Positions 14,103 through 27,443 of a stretch of DNA of 64,000 nt are shown here, in pieces. The notes beneath the pieces were generated by a model, which searched no databases, was not told the origin of the DNA, and was given only the letters and a program-made list of their open reading frames with translations. The DNA is from Lytechinus pictus (Eukaryota): contig NC_087246.1 of the NCBI RefSeq assembly GCF_037042905.1, positions 7,876,001-7,940,000 on the forward strand, given 5' to 3'. Numbering within the stretch: position 1 is the first letter of the stretch; each line of letters opens with the position of its first letter. A program made the translations under genes and the position numbers.

Positions 14103-17100
14103 ATGACTCTTGTAACAGAACCTAAATTCGAGGAGAGAGTCGGTCCGCTTTCTTTGATTGCTCTATACGTATTCCTGACCCTTCTCATATACCTCATCGC
14201 AGTCTATCGCCGCGGGAAGCTTCGGGAGGAAGACAATGAGCGATTGGGTCGAAGTCGGGCCAGTATAGCTGAAAAGTCGAGGACAGTTTTACTCGTTATT
14301 TCGCATCCAGACGATGAGTGTATGTTCTTCTCGCCCTCCATTCTGGCACTCAACTCCAGCCTCCATACATCTGTGCACATTCTGTGCCTTTCTAATGGTG
14401 AGTTGATTTGATTTGACCGAAATCCTGGACTGAGTCATGTGAATTGTTAACCCAGAGAGCTCCAGCCCGCGTAGCGGGCTGGAGCCCAGACGCGCAGTGT
14501 ACAAACGGGCATTGAGGTGAGAGTACCGTGAAGTTTGGTTAATATCATTTACATAATACATAATTTAAACAGAAATTAAGCACTTACCACGATTGTATGG
14601 ATGATAGTCTAACGAGTGGCAGTTTCCTGACATCGAGGCACAGACTGGAACCTCAAAAAACGATCAGTTCTGTCGCGGTGTCTCTCCCTCTTTCAAAATT
14701 CAAAACAAAATGGCCGATCGAGACCGAGGCTAGTATAGCACTAGCGCATATAGACTTTGTCAAATTCGCGCATGCGCCCTACACCCTCTCGAACGGCCAT
14801 TTTGCTATGAATTTTGAAAGAAGGAGAGCCACCGCGACAGAACTGATCGTTTTTTGAGGTTCCAGTCTGTGCCTCGATGTCAGGAAACTGCCACTCGTTA
14901 GACTATCATCCATACAATCGTGGTAAGTGCTTAATTTCTGTTTAAATTATGTATTATGTAAATGATATTAACCAAACTTCACGGTACTCTCACCTCAATG
15001 CCCGTTTGTACACTGCGCGTCTGGGCTAGCCCGCTCTCTGGGTTAGTGAATTGTGAGTCTGCCTTTCTAAGTAATATTAATAAATGGTGAGTTGATTTGA
15101 TTTGACCGAAATCCTGGACTGAGTAAATTTTAGCCTGGACCAATTCACGAGCGGTGAAGGGGGGGGGGGGCTAGCTTCCTTTGCATTGAGTTGATACCGG
15201 TCACTAACAAAGACATGCATAAAAAGGTTCTTTTTTTCAAGATGGGACGTAACGTAGATGACGTAAGGCCAGGGTGTCACAAACACTAAAAACTGAAAAA
15301 AGGATTTTCCTGGATTTCTATAAGCTAGGAAAGATGTATTATACGGTCGAATTTGCGAGGGTATAGAAAAAGAGTAAAATACAATTGGCAAAAAGTTCTT
15401 GGACACTTAGAAAACTTAAAATATTTCATATAGATATTTGATTAAAGGCAAATTGTATGTCAACATGACCAGACAATATTCCTCTTCCAGTATGACATGA
15501 CATTTTCATGTTAACAGTCATGCATGGGCGGTTAAATGCTTTAAACAATAGAAATGTCAGTAAAAGAAAATTGCAAGAAATGGACCATTCAAAAGCTAAT
15601 GATCATAGCCACCCTGTAGGCAAGGCTCGACATTAGCGGTGGCCCGGTGGCCCGGGGCCACCAGAAATTCACCTCGGGCAACCATTATTGAAAAAATGTT
15701 AAGTTTTGGTGGCCCGAATCAGGCAACCAGTAATTTTCAAAGTAGCGCAATTTTTCTCCCGATTTTGCACGCATTTATCAACTTTCTTCAGTTGAAATTG
15801 CAAGCCAATTCATCATGCGCCCTTTTTGTTAATCTACACACAAATACACACACACACAGAGATTGCATAGTCATGACAGTATGGAGGCCTATCACTACAG
15901 CATATTCAGCCGGCCGTCTGGCGTGCGTGAGCTTGCATGCGCTATGCATGAAACCACTGCAGCTATACTGAGCTAGCTGTGGCTCTGTGCGCTAGCAGAC
16001 TATTCAGACTCGGGGCGGGAGCTGCGATAAGAAATGTTACTGCTAAGAAATCTTCCACAGAACTTTGAAAATCTACGTCAAAGTCACATTTTACACCAAT
16101 GAAAATCCCTTCTACAGTCCATATTACTAAATCCTGATTATTTGCAAGCATTAAAAAGAGGAATTATGACCTCTCTTTTGACTCAAAAAGACCGATTTCC
16201 AAATGCATTAATACACATAAAACTCATAGGTGAGTACATCAAAGTCCCACAAGTGCATTTGTATGTATGTTGATATTTGGTTTCTTTCGAAGCTGTGTCG
16301 TTTCTAGCCAAAAATAAACAGACAGCTTCTTTCTTTCTTGTTTAGAAATGACTTCTTAAATCACTCTTAAGGAAGTAAATACTTTGGGAAGGCATTTCAT
16401 TGATATAAAATGTGATTTTTTCCATCATTTTGTCAAATATTGGGAAGGACTTTTCTCACTGTTTTTTCCAGATATAACTTTTGCCGTTTTCTTATTTTTA
16501 ATGTTTTTTCTTTACATTTTTCGGGCCACCAAACTTTACTAACGGGCCACCAAAAATAAATTATTTGAAGGTTTTGGTGGCCCGAACGGGCCACCACCAA
16601 AAAAAGTTAATGTGGAGCCTTGCTGTAGGCATACATTCAACAATTTCAATAGGGGTTGTCCTCATCGAGCAAACATTGTCCAAAGATTTCTGGATGACCA
16701 CAATGTTCAGCGCTTGGATCCATGGCCCGCTTGTTCACCAGACATGAATCCGATTGAACACTTGTGGGATCAGCTAGGAAAATCGGTCAATCAAAGAATT
16801 CAACCAGGAGACACTCTTCAAGATGTCCAGCGTTATCTCCTGGAAGAATGGGACAAAATCACCCCAGAGCAAATTTGCCGACTTGTGACAAGCATGCGAC
16901 GTCGATGTGCTGCACTCATTCAGAGCCAGGGTGAACAAACGAGATATTGAATTTTCTTTTGCTTATGCCAAGATACTGAAATTTGACATTTTTTTCATCG
17001 ACTAACTTTGACTTAAAATTCCAGTGGAATAGTGATGCATCCAATCCAAGGTGGATAACTTTCTCTTCTCTTTTAGAGTGGTATTTGACTTTTAAGTTTG

Positions 17101-20100
17101 CTTTTATCATTTAATGGATATTTATGCCACATAAACTTTCACAACTGAAAGAATGACTGTTCGTTTTATTGCAATTTTCTTTTACTGACATTGCTATTGT
17201 GTAAAGCATTTAACCGCCCATGCATGACTGTTAACATGAAAATTTCATGTCATACTGGAAGAGGAATATTGTCTGGTCATGTTGACATACAATAATTTGC
17301 CTTTAATCAAATATCTATATGAAATATTTTCAGTTTTCTAAGTGTCCAAGAACTTTTTTTGCCGAGTGTACATGTAAATCCTTTATTTTAGTTGAAAGGA
17401 TGTACTTTTTGCTCCAACTCTACGCATTTATTCAGAGACAGATTTTAGCATGGTGGGGCAGTTCTAAACCCAATGTTAGTAACTAAAAAAGGCTAAAGCT
17501 CTGTGACGTGACATAATTAAAATATCTCTAGATAGATCTAAATTATTTGCACCCATAATTCACCTCTAACATCGCAAAACTTATATCAGTATCACACTGC
17601 CATTTATCATCGATCGTTTATTATTGATATTGATAGCCCCTCTCTGACCCCACCTCCAAGAGAGGAGGGGGAATAATGGGGATGGCAGCACCCGTGGGAA
17701 TGAGGGAGGGCTATTTATCACTTATTTTACATCTGCAAGGATTAGTTGGGTGAAGTTAGCAACCAGGTGACGTGACATAAATGGGTACCAGCAGGAAGTA
17801 ATGCCTCAAAAAGCTGTGTGCACCTAAATAGTTAGCCTAGCTTAGCCGGGTAATAATAATAGCAGGGCCTGCTGGGAGAACAGTTTTGGAACTGAAGTGG
17901 CTACCCTGGGTAAATATATCATTATTATTATTAAAAACTAAGCTTGAGTGAGTTGAGTAGGCTATATAGCATTGTACTGTGTTGGCATGGCAAGGCTGGT
18001 TTGCCATTTTCAGAAGAAAAAAAAAGTTGACCAAGAATATTGGTATAGTAGCTCTAGTCTAGTTCTAGTTCATTAGTTAGAGACTAAGAGTTGCCAAGAT
18101 CAAGTGCAGAATATGGGGGTAGGTTGTTAAATGACTGATGTTTCTGTTGTTGAGTGACATATTTAACTTTTTTTATTTAGAGCTGATATTTTCAATTGAA
18201 TCAAATGATTTAAGCCAGGATATGCAAGAGGAAGAATTAGTAAACATGTTTTAATTGTCACCCCAGAGTCTCATAGGACTTTAGGATATCTTGTACTTGT
18301 GTCTCTTAAACACTGGGAATATGCCCCTCCCCAGCCCTCGACCCTAACTAAGGTCAGACCAAAATTGTTGTCTTTCTTTTTTCCCCATTATTGTATGATC
18401 ACGATTCAAATGGAGGAAAACCAGCTCAAATTAAGTGTTCCAATGCAGAAGAAAATCAAAATAAGATTTTTTTTTTGTCAAATGTTTTTAATTCAGATTT
18501 TTTTTAATTAGGAATTATAATGTTCCAAAAGTAAATGATAACAATGTGACTGCATTTTATTCATAATCAGAACAGTATAAATGTTCATTAGATTTTGCTG
18601 CTGAATTAGTTTACAAAAATTCCTTCCATCTGAATGTATATAGGAGACTACTATGGACAGGGAGAATTGAGAGGAAAGGAACTGATTCTAAGCTGCGCAA
18701 TTCTTGGCATCCCATCATGCAATGTGACAGTGTTGAATGAGAGGTAATACCAAATTTATGTATTGACTGCATGAGTATGACTAAATATAATACATTACCG
18801 TAATGAACGAAATATGAATGAATAGATGTCATAGATCGCAGAGGCCATGGAACAAACTTGAAATGGGCAGAACATGCATAAAATCACAGTTGTATACATG
18901 TATGGTTTTTACTAAAAAAATATTTTGGGTGGACTGGAAACTTGTTTAACGTCCTTTAGTTCTCAGGGATACTTCATAATGAACAACTGGTCATAACTAG
19001 GACAAAACCTTGTGTCTGACACTTCACATTTTTGTACTTGTCAAGTTGAACACTGGAGATTGTTGTGGGATTGAATGGATGCAAGTATACAGTGCGTCCC
19101 AGAAAAACGAAACCGAGATTAAGCGATAATTTATCATAACTTATTCACAAATACAATAGAGAAATGACCTACCAATGTAAAGCTTAGAATCTCCTCTTTC
19201 ATCTGATATTACTTAGATTATTCCTCATTCACGCATGAGTGAGCAAAAAAATTTTGAAGAAAGGATACCAAAAACTCATTTGGCGGGGAGTATCCGAATT
19301 TCAAAAAGAATATCACATGCTTAAAAGGTTCAATATCTGCTCTTTTATTTGATACCTTAATCACAAAAAATGGTCAAGAAGTAAAAAAGTTATGTCCCTC
19401 GAAACAATGCTAGTATTTCCATAATTTCATTAAATAAACACGTTTTCACGGGTTTCCCATAGAAGCTATCGCATGGTTAACAAAAGACTTAATGCGTGGC
19501 TGATCATCAACAAAACTGAGTGTTAAGTGAGTTTGAACGCTAGCCTGTAGAACCTCTTCATTTTATGAAATTATTGAAATTCAAGCCTTATTTCAAATAA
19601 CCAGAACTTTTTGGACCATTTTCTGTAATTGAGGTATCAAATTAAAGAGCAGATATTGAACTTTTTAAAAATGTGGTTTTCTTTTTGAAACCCAGATACA
19701 GCCCGCCAAATGACTTTTTTGTATTTCCTCTTCAAATTGTTTTTGCTCACTCATGCGCAAATCTGAAATAATCTAAGTAATTTCAGATGAAAAAGGAGAT
19801 TCTAAGCTTTACGATGGTAGGTCATTTGTCTATTTTATTTGTGATTAAGTTATGATAAATCATCGATAAATCTCGGTTTCGTTTTTTGTGGGACGCACTG
19901 TATTTGACCAGTTACATGTAGGCCTATAATATTCAATGCATACCAGGTATATCAATTAGGCACCAAAATGATTGTCCAATCATTGTAGTGATGGTCAATG
20001 AACCTTTTGTTTCACAACCTTATGTAATCTTGTAGTGAGCTACCAGATGACCCCAAGGCATTATGGGATGAGGAGCTTGTCAGCAAACTTGTTCTACATC

Positions 20101-23100
20101 AGATTGTCAAATGTGATGCTCAGATAGTAAGTTTCTAAAGTTTTCTTCCTAGCGTTTAGGTCTTTTTCCTCCTGCATGTGTACTTTTCGCCTCTTTTGAC
20201 TTTCCTCTATTTTCCTTCATACTTCATTATATACCTTTAGTTTAGATGATATTGCTCAAGGTGGGTCATGTGATTAGAGAGTAACATAAGTAATCTCATA
20301 AGAGATTTTTATTAATGACCTCTGAATTTGTATTGTCATGTTATTATTATACCCCTATAATTATTAAGCACATAATAATTAACTTTAGTTCTCTATGAGC
20401 TTTATAATTATTATTAAAAAAATTATAGATATATATATAAAAAAGCAGTATATTTATTCATCAATTTATGAGAACAGAAGGGGAGATAAAGACATTTCAT
20501 AATTTCCTTTTTACTTTTTTTAACAATGAGTTCTACCATATATTATTATTAACCTCATTATGTCATCATACAGTGTTTCTAAATCCAGATGTCAAGTCTT
20601 GTCTCTGACAGTACGCACACATTATTAATTTGTATTTCAGGTTCTTACGTTTGACAAACATGGTGTTTCATCTCATCCCAATCATATAGCAGCCTACAAG
20701 GGTATTAGGTAAGATTATTTAGTTATAATCACTTTGGAAAAGTACATCACACAGAATACTTCAGAAACAGTATTTTACTGTTCTGAATTTCTCCATCTTT
20801 CTTTATCCCATTTATCTCTAAATAATGTATAAATATGTATATTGCAACAAAAAACCTTGCATGGAAAAAAATGAATGTGCATTTCATGAATTCTTTCATT
20901 AACATGATACATTTTGCCTAAGTTGTCTTTGCCTTTGTCCCCCGAAGTGATGATAATGTTTGTTGATCGAATAATAACAATGTCCTGCAATAGAAGTGTT
21001 ACTTTTATCAAATTCATTTTTCACAGATGTTTGTTTGGCTGTCTTTCATTCAAAATTCTTACATAATTAAATGCAACATCTGAGTACAATTTACAATGTT
21101 AATTCTTTGGTTAAATTGATAATGGAAATGGGTAAATAATAAACATATAGATCACATTAGAAATAGCAGAATCTTAAATCAATCATGGATCTTGTGGCAG
21201 AGTGGTTATGCGCTAAATGTGTTACTGTCTAAGACTATTTTGGTGCCATTGTTATTTATTTTTTAATGGCTTGTCAGAAAATTTTAGGTGGAAAAGTGGC
21301 TCCAAAGTTGTGTTAACATATTTTGCAGTAAAAAATGTTAATTCTTTGGTTAACATCATTTATTGTTTCTGTAGTTGTTTAAAGACACGTGTTCTTGAAG
21401 TTGAATATTGAGAGAAGATAAGGTTTAACCTATAAACTTAATATTTTTTCTTTAGAAAACTGGTTGTTCAACGACAGCTTCCCTCGGGTGAGTATTTCTT
21501 AAGATGTTTTTCTTTTATGTTTTATATAAAAATGATTCCCCTTTTGATGTAATTTTTCATCTGGATTCTCTACTTTCTTTTTCATTTTACTTTTGATTAA
21601 GCAATGCAGAGCACCCAGCCTACTACAATGCAAATTGCCTGTTCTTTTTTTCCTTTAGGGACTATATGGATATAAGATCAACATACACTCAAAAGAGTCC
21701 TGTTTTTGTATTGTAGCCTCATTTAGATGTCTGTTACTAATAAGCAATGGAATGATAAAAGGAAATGATTCTTCCTTTTTTAATGAAAATAAGCTTGCCA
21801 ATTTTATAACAAAGAATACATTAGCTCTGAGGGATTACAGGTCAAATTTTGTCTTTTCTTCTTGCACCAAAGTTCTATTTTAATAATGCTTTTGAAACTG
21901 TTGTGCACTTTTTCTTATTAATAGGTGTTCGTGCCTTCTGCCTAGAATCTATTGGTATAGTGAGAAAATACTGTTCTTTCTTGGAGGTACCTATAAGTTT
22001 CATTCTATGTGCAATCAGAGGCAACAAGGTATTGGTTTCTTCACCCTATGGAGTTCTAAGAGCTCAGGTAAGAATTAATTATGAATAGATTGACTTCGTT
22101 GTCTTTGTGGGATGATGGCATTTAAACGTTTTTACGTTATTTTTGTTTGTATTCATTTTGACTTTATATCAATTACAAGTGTTCTTGCAATAGAAGAGTC
22201 AGGGTGTAAATTTTGTGCTTTGTTTTTTTTGTGCATGATTGACACATTTGTTTCTTTAAGGTTTTTTTAGCATTGTTTTTTAATAAAAAACAGAGGAGTA
22301 TGTGGAAAGGTTAAACATATTGGGACAGAATTAAGTTAATTCTAAAACGACCATTCCACTGCTTGAATCTTTTTTTACTGTCCCGCTTTTTATTTTCAAG
22401 TCTTGCAAATCTTTTTGAGCATTTTCTAAGTGCATGTCAGACCCAAAATGCTCTCAAACATGATTTTATGTACAAAGTCGATGCAATTGGAATTTTCTCA
22501 CCTTACTGGTAATATTATTTTCACTTTCGTTGGCTGAGGGTGCTCCAAAATTAAAAAAGAAAAAAATGGTGTTTAAAACGGGGTAATAATAGCAGGGCCC
22601 GCTGGGAGAACAGTTTTCGGAACTGAAGCGGCTACCCTGGGTAAATATACCGCTATTATTATTATTATTATTATAAAAGAAAGAAAAACAAAATGTTAAA
22701 AGAACAAATAAATTCTTGAGAAATTCATTTTTAAAATTGAATTTTATGAGAAATTCAGAAACAGTTTTTTGTTCAAACAAAATTTATTAAGGCTATCAAA
22801 AATATTGATACAACAAATTTGCATTCCAGGAGCTTTATGTAGTGATTCAGACCAGAGCAAAGAGTATTGTAGATGCATGAATTAGCATAAAAGAATAAAG
22901 AAAAAACAATTAATATTCTGATTTATTTTAAAGCAATCTAGCCTTGTAGATTAAATCTCATTTTCATGCTACCATTGTACATGTATGTGGCTCTTGTGAG
23001 ATCTGAATCAAGGAATTCAACCCCACTGCAATCCCCAAAAAAGCACTGATTGTGAGAAAAGTATGTAGGAATAACATTATGGTTTAGTGCTGTTAGGGAT

Positions 23101-24079
23101 CAAATGATGAGATCAGTGATCAATTGAGGTCATGTGTTTAAGTTTACTTAAAAGACTCTTATGATTATAACTTTGCAACCGTTCCTCCCTTTCAATAAAA
23201 CTTTTGTTATTAATGCACTGAGGGTAACAGCATATTGCAATACTGTTGGCGATCACATGGTGAGGTCAAAAGTCATTTGAAGTCAGATATTTTAGTTAAG
23301 CTGTTATCTGTTGTATTTAGATTACTGTCCTGATGGGAGGGGCTGACAAGTAAACTGTGAACTCATGACAAAGTGGATGATTTTCTCTATCACTTAGAAC
23401 AATCCACATACCACATTGTCAATTTGAGACTATCCAAGTGTTAGTAATTTCAATTTCAAAAGAAACCTCTTTTTTCTGTATTTTATTTCAAAGTTACAAG
23501 CTTCTGTAAAATTTCTGTTGTTGTGGTGGGGGGCAGGGAGTCCCTTGTTTTTCTGTTTCATGCAATTTATGTTATTAGCATTGATTGATTCCCCTTTAAG
23601 TAGGCCAATAATGTGGGATGAGTAATCCTGATCAGCTTTTTGATTACCAATAATGCCAGACCTGTCTGTGTAATTTTGATTTGTTTTCATTTTAAGTTCC
23701 AGTTTGCATAATAATTAATTCTATCAAAGATTCAAAACATGTAAAAGTAACATAAAATGAAACTATATCACATATAAAATAACAAAATTAAAAGAAAAGT
23801 ATGTCTTTATATAACATATTATATATATATATTTATTGAAACTTAAAAGTACATTGTATATTAATACAGTAATGTACCTATACATAGAAACATTATGGCA
23901 TCTAGATAAATTTATTTTCTACATGTACAATGACATCTCTTTTTCTATTTTCCCAAATGCAGCGTGCAATGAGGGCTCATGCTTCTCAGTTTGTCTGGTT
24001 TCGTGTTCTTAATATGTTCTTCTCTCGCTATTTCATCATCAACACCATCAGAAGTCTCAAGATCAAGGAAGATTCTTGA
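14103..24079 (+). CDS. PIGL: N-acetylglucosaminyl-phosphatidylinositol de-N-acetylase (GPI biosynthesis), 281 aa
   Basis: Exons 14103-14397, 18644-18743, 20036-20126, 20641-20708, 21456-21487, 21925-22067, 23963-24079 (846 nt, in frame). N-terminal hydrophobic anchor, SHPDDECMFF motif, TFDKHGVSSHPNH motif, C-terminal AMRAHASQFVWFR...SRYFIINT. Confidence 0.95.
14448..15045. mobile_element. Foldback/Mutator-like MITE with very long TIRs and 9-bp TSD
   Basis: TAACCCAGAGAGC ... GCTCTCTGGGTTA; arms ~14448-14725 and ~14787-15045 are near-perfect reverse complements; GTGAATTGT at 14439-14447 and 15046-15054. Confidence 0.88.
15621..16622. mobile_element. hAT/P-like non-autonomous element nested in the Tc1 copy
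   Basis: TIR CAAGGCTCGACATTA / TAATGTGGAGCCTTG; CTGTAGG on both flanks; subterminal GGGCCACC/GGTGGCCC repeats at both ends. Confidence 0.8.
16630..16950 (+). pseudogene. Tc1 (DD34E-type) transposase C-terminal fragment
   Basis: PHRANIVQRFL...WPACSPDMNPIEHLWDQL...LLEEWDKI...LVTSMRRRCAALIQSQGEQTRY*; the N-terminus and first catalytic residues are missing. Confidence 0.9.
17760..17932 (+). mobile_element. 5'-truncated SINE (body plus shared tail)
   Basis: aaccaggtg..aatgggtacc body as at 1853-1878, then GCAGGGCCTGCTGGGAGAACAG...CTACCCTGGGTAAA and (ATT)n. Confidence 0.65.
19090..19900. mobile_element. Tc1/mariner-type MITE with long inverted arms
   Basis: TA-CAGTGCGTCCC..AAAACGAAACCGAGATT ... 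AATCTCGGTTTCGTTTT..GGGACGCACTG-TA. Confidence 0.88.
22580..22675 (+). mobile_element. SINE/LINE 3' tail fragment
   Basis: Nearly identical to 17848-17932; ends in (ATT)n. Confidence 0.65.
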
Positions 24080-24407
24080 AGCAAATCGGCTTATTGAAAT
24101 AGACATAGATACAGAGACAGAAAACAACTTTTGGAGTAATATCGCTGAAGATTGTGAAATAGAGCCCAAGTTTCCAAAGATTAAAGCAGATGATATGTCC
24201 AAGTTTTGAAAGTCCATGATATAAATAATGATGATGATAATATTTCTAATGCGCACATTTCCACTCCAAGGAATGCTCAAGGCGCCTCACAATATAAATT
24301 CAACATAATGAACAGTGAATTAGACAAATTTCAAATCATACATTAATAAAAAAATTACTCTCAAATTTATAAGGAGAAGGGGTTTATTAGGGTACATGTA
24401 TTATTAA

Positions 24408-25007
24408 AGGGATGGTCCGGGCTGAAAATATTTATATCTAAATAAATAGAGTAAAATTCACAGAGCAAAATGCTGAAACTTTCATTAAAAATCGGATAAC
24501 AAGTAATGAAGTTATTGTATTTTAAAGTTTATCAAAATTTTGTGAAAACAGTTAGTGCACATCGTCTTGAATATTCATTAGATGGGCTGATGATGTCACA
24601 TCCCCACTTTCCATTTTCTTATGTTATTACATGAAATCATATATGTTTCATTTTTTCATACATGTGTAAGTGATGTGTCTCCATTATGATGAAATAAGTT
24701 GTGGCAATAAATAACTAATGCACTTAATCAGTTGTCAATCCAATTGTTTTAGTTCTTGTTAGAAATTGTTTTAATAAACCTAAATTCATATGATAAAATA
24801 CAAAAGAACAAGTGAGGATATGACATCAGCCCACCTAATGAATATCATAAAGATATGCCTAGAACTGTTTCACCAGAATAATGCACATCTTTAAAATTCA
24901 ATAACTTTGTTATTTGCTAGCCGATTTTGATAAAATTTTCAGGATTTTGCTCTGTGAATTTTACTCTATTTATAGAGATATAAATATTTCCAGCCTGGAC
25001 CATCCCT
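24408..25007. mobile_element. Kolobok-type MITE (family A)
   Basis: TTAA-AGGGATGGTCCGGGCTG ... CAGCCTGGACCATCCCT-TTAA. Confidence 0.85.
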
Positions 25008-27050
25008 TTAAATGTTATGAGACACAAGATAGGTTTTCAAGTTTGTTTGGAATGACTGAAGAGAGGATGAGATTTGAAATGTATGGGGAGGTGAGTTCCA
25101 TGATGATATGACATTTTCTAGAGACTGGATATGTCTCCAGACTAAAAGTCTGTTACTGTGCCATAAACATGAATGTACTTTTGTCCCTGCACTGCAAAGG
25201 GGTAAGAAAGGAATCCTTTCATACTGTGAGCACTAGCTTGAGTTAATGTCCTCATTGAGCTGTGATAGTGTTGGAGCTATAAAGTATGTTGAGTGTCTTG
25301 CATGGTTGATTTGTGTACTTTATTAATGAAATTAAGCAACTCAAATTAACCCAGGCATATGATGTAATAATTATGATTTTTTGAAATAGGTTTCATTGTA
25401 TTTGTATGGACTTCCATGACAAAGTAATCTAAGTTGAAATCAATATTGCAGTATTGAACAAGAATCAGATTTCAAATCCTGTCTGTCTCCTTTACTGAAG
25501 AAGTAATGTTGATATTACAATATCAAATCCATTAATTGGCCATGCTAATGACTTTGTGCAGTTTAGGGGTATACTCTTACTAAAAAATGTTGTGCAGCTG
25601 TAGGGACATTCTGTCATTTATGTGCAATATATTTTAAATGCAAATATGAATGCCAATTTATTGTTATGGTTTTCGTTTAGTTATTATTTGAAATTAATAA
25701 GTACTGGCAAACTGTTGGAAGTGGGGATGACTTATCACAATGAAACATGCACCATTTTCAGTTTATTTTTTTCATTTGGAACTGTATTTAATGTATGAGG
25801 ATTGTTATTTCATTAGTTTTTGGTTAAGTTTTATTTCAAAATTGGAGAATTTGCTGTTTATTACACAGACAGAGTGCATGATGTATTTATTGGCATCTCA
25901 ATAAACAATGTACATATTTGGAAGGAGTTAAAAGCAATGACAGAATAAAAATGTTAAGCAATAAACATTTTCTAGTATGACATTCAAATAGTTATTTTGA
26001 AATTGCATAGTCTTATAATTACTATTTTTGTGTAAGTGCATTCTGCATTGCAAGAAATGTATGCAAGTATAATGTTTACAAAGATATTCATTTAGGATAG
26101 GGTTATGAAAATTAACTGCTAATGTATATGCAAAGCACTGATAATATTTCAAAGTTTTTTTAGACTTGCATTGACAGTTAGGCCTAAAAAATGTCTTTGC
26201 CCTCATCCAACCAGCTGTAAAAAGGGGGGGGGAGGGGTATATTTATAGCATACCCCCAAATATACAAATACATGTATAATGTTTAATTGAATATTTGATT
26301 TTGACTGCGTAAGTAATCATTCCTTGCATAATTTTACATGTATTTGTGCAACACAGCAGTGAAGATAATAAAAATTCAAAAATTTAAAAAATGGCAGACC
26401 TTCCCAACTTTCTATTTTTTGGCTTATGAGGGCAACATTGAAATTGCTTGTTTTGGTCAATACAAGTTTGTTTTAATGCCTTATATTACAACTCATTACA
26501 GATTTGAAAATTTTGTTTCCTCCTATTAGGGATGAATTTTGTTAAATCCAATGATATTCTTTGCTCATTTTGGTGCTTTAAGTATTGCTTCCAATTCAAT
26601 TACTGGTACATGTGTATTGAATTTGTCCAGTGTTGCTTCCATGTTTTACCTATCTGCCTCTTTCTTTGATTTTGTACTATATGTCTGAATGAAATGAGGT
26701 TGATGTGATATGTAGGCTGTTTGCATTATTGTAACATTGAACATATCTTTTTTAGAATTATGAACTCTGCTGATTGCATTATTATTTATAAGAAACTGTA
26801 CATAATTGTAAATACAGGTGTATAGTAATTTATTGTTAATAATATTTCCCCATTTTTAGAAAATGTACTAGGTAACAGGGTTTTGTTATTGATTGTGATT
26901 TTAGTATCTAAAACTGTTCTTTATCTTTACCTATTAGACGAGTTTGATTTTACATTGTGAAAATTCTGTCCCTAGTCCCTACCTATTTCTGTACATGAAT
27001 ACTATTCATATTCATTATTTTCAGTGATTGTCATTTTCATGTGCCACAAG

Positions 27051-27277
27051 TAATAATAATAATCTTTTATTTTCCCAGGGTAACCACTTCAGTTAGCTCT
27101 ACCAGCATAACATAATGATGTTATTATTGCCCTTCTCCAATCTAAATGCTGAGCGCCTAGCAAGAAGGCAGAAGAAGGTCCCATTTTTATAAGTCTTTGG
27201 TATGACTCGGCCGAGGATCGAACCCATGACCTCCCGTTCATGAGGCGGACGCTCTACCACTGAGCCACCATGACCGG
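27051..27277 (-). mobile_element. tRNA-derived SINE
   Basis: Minus strand GGTGGCTCAGTGGTAGAGCG (A box) and GGTTCGATCC (B box); tail ACTGAAGTGGTTACCCTGGG plus (ATT)n shared with 17890 and 22620. Confidence 0.8.
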
Positions 27278-27443
27278 TTGCAATTGTACATGTACAATTC
27301 AGATTGTATCTCAATGATTCCAAATATTTTTTCATGAACAGATAAATATGTTTTCATGTATATTGTTTTCAATAGCATTTCAATATCAACATTAACATAT
27401 CTGAGTTATGCTGGTGAAAACCGGTCATAGAATTGTTCTCATT

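Larger units (their letters stand above)
15382..17368 (+). mobile_element. Internally deleted Tc1-like transposon carrying a nested insertion
   Basis: ~195-bp TIRs, TA at both ends; transposase C-terminal remnant inside. Confidence 0.9.

Noticed and set aside
23979..24209. 76-aa ORF with a signal-peptide-like start overlapping the last PIGL exon
   Set aside because: It is an alternative frame of the PIGL exon plus 3' UTR; the hydrophobicity follows from the T-rich exon, and there is no independent promoter or splice evidence.
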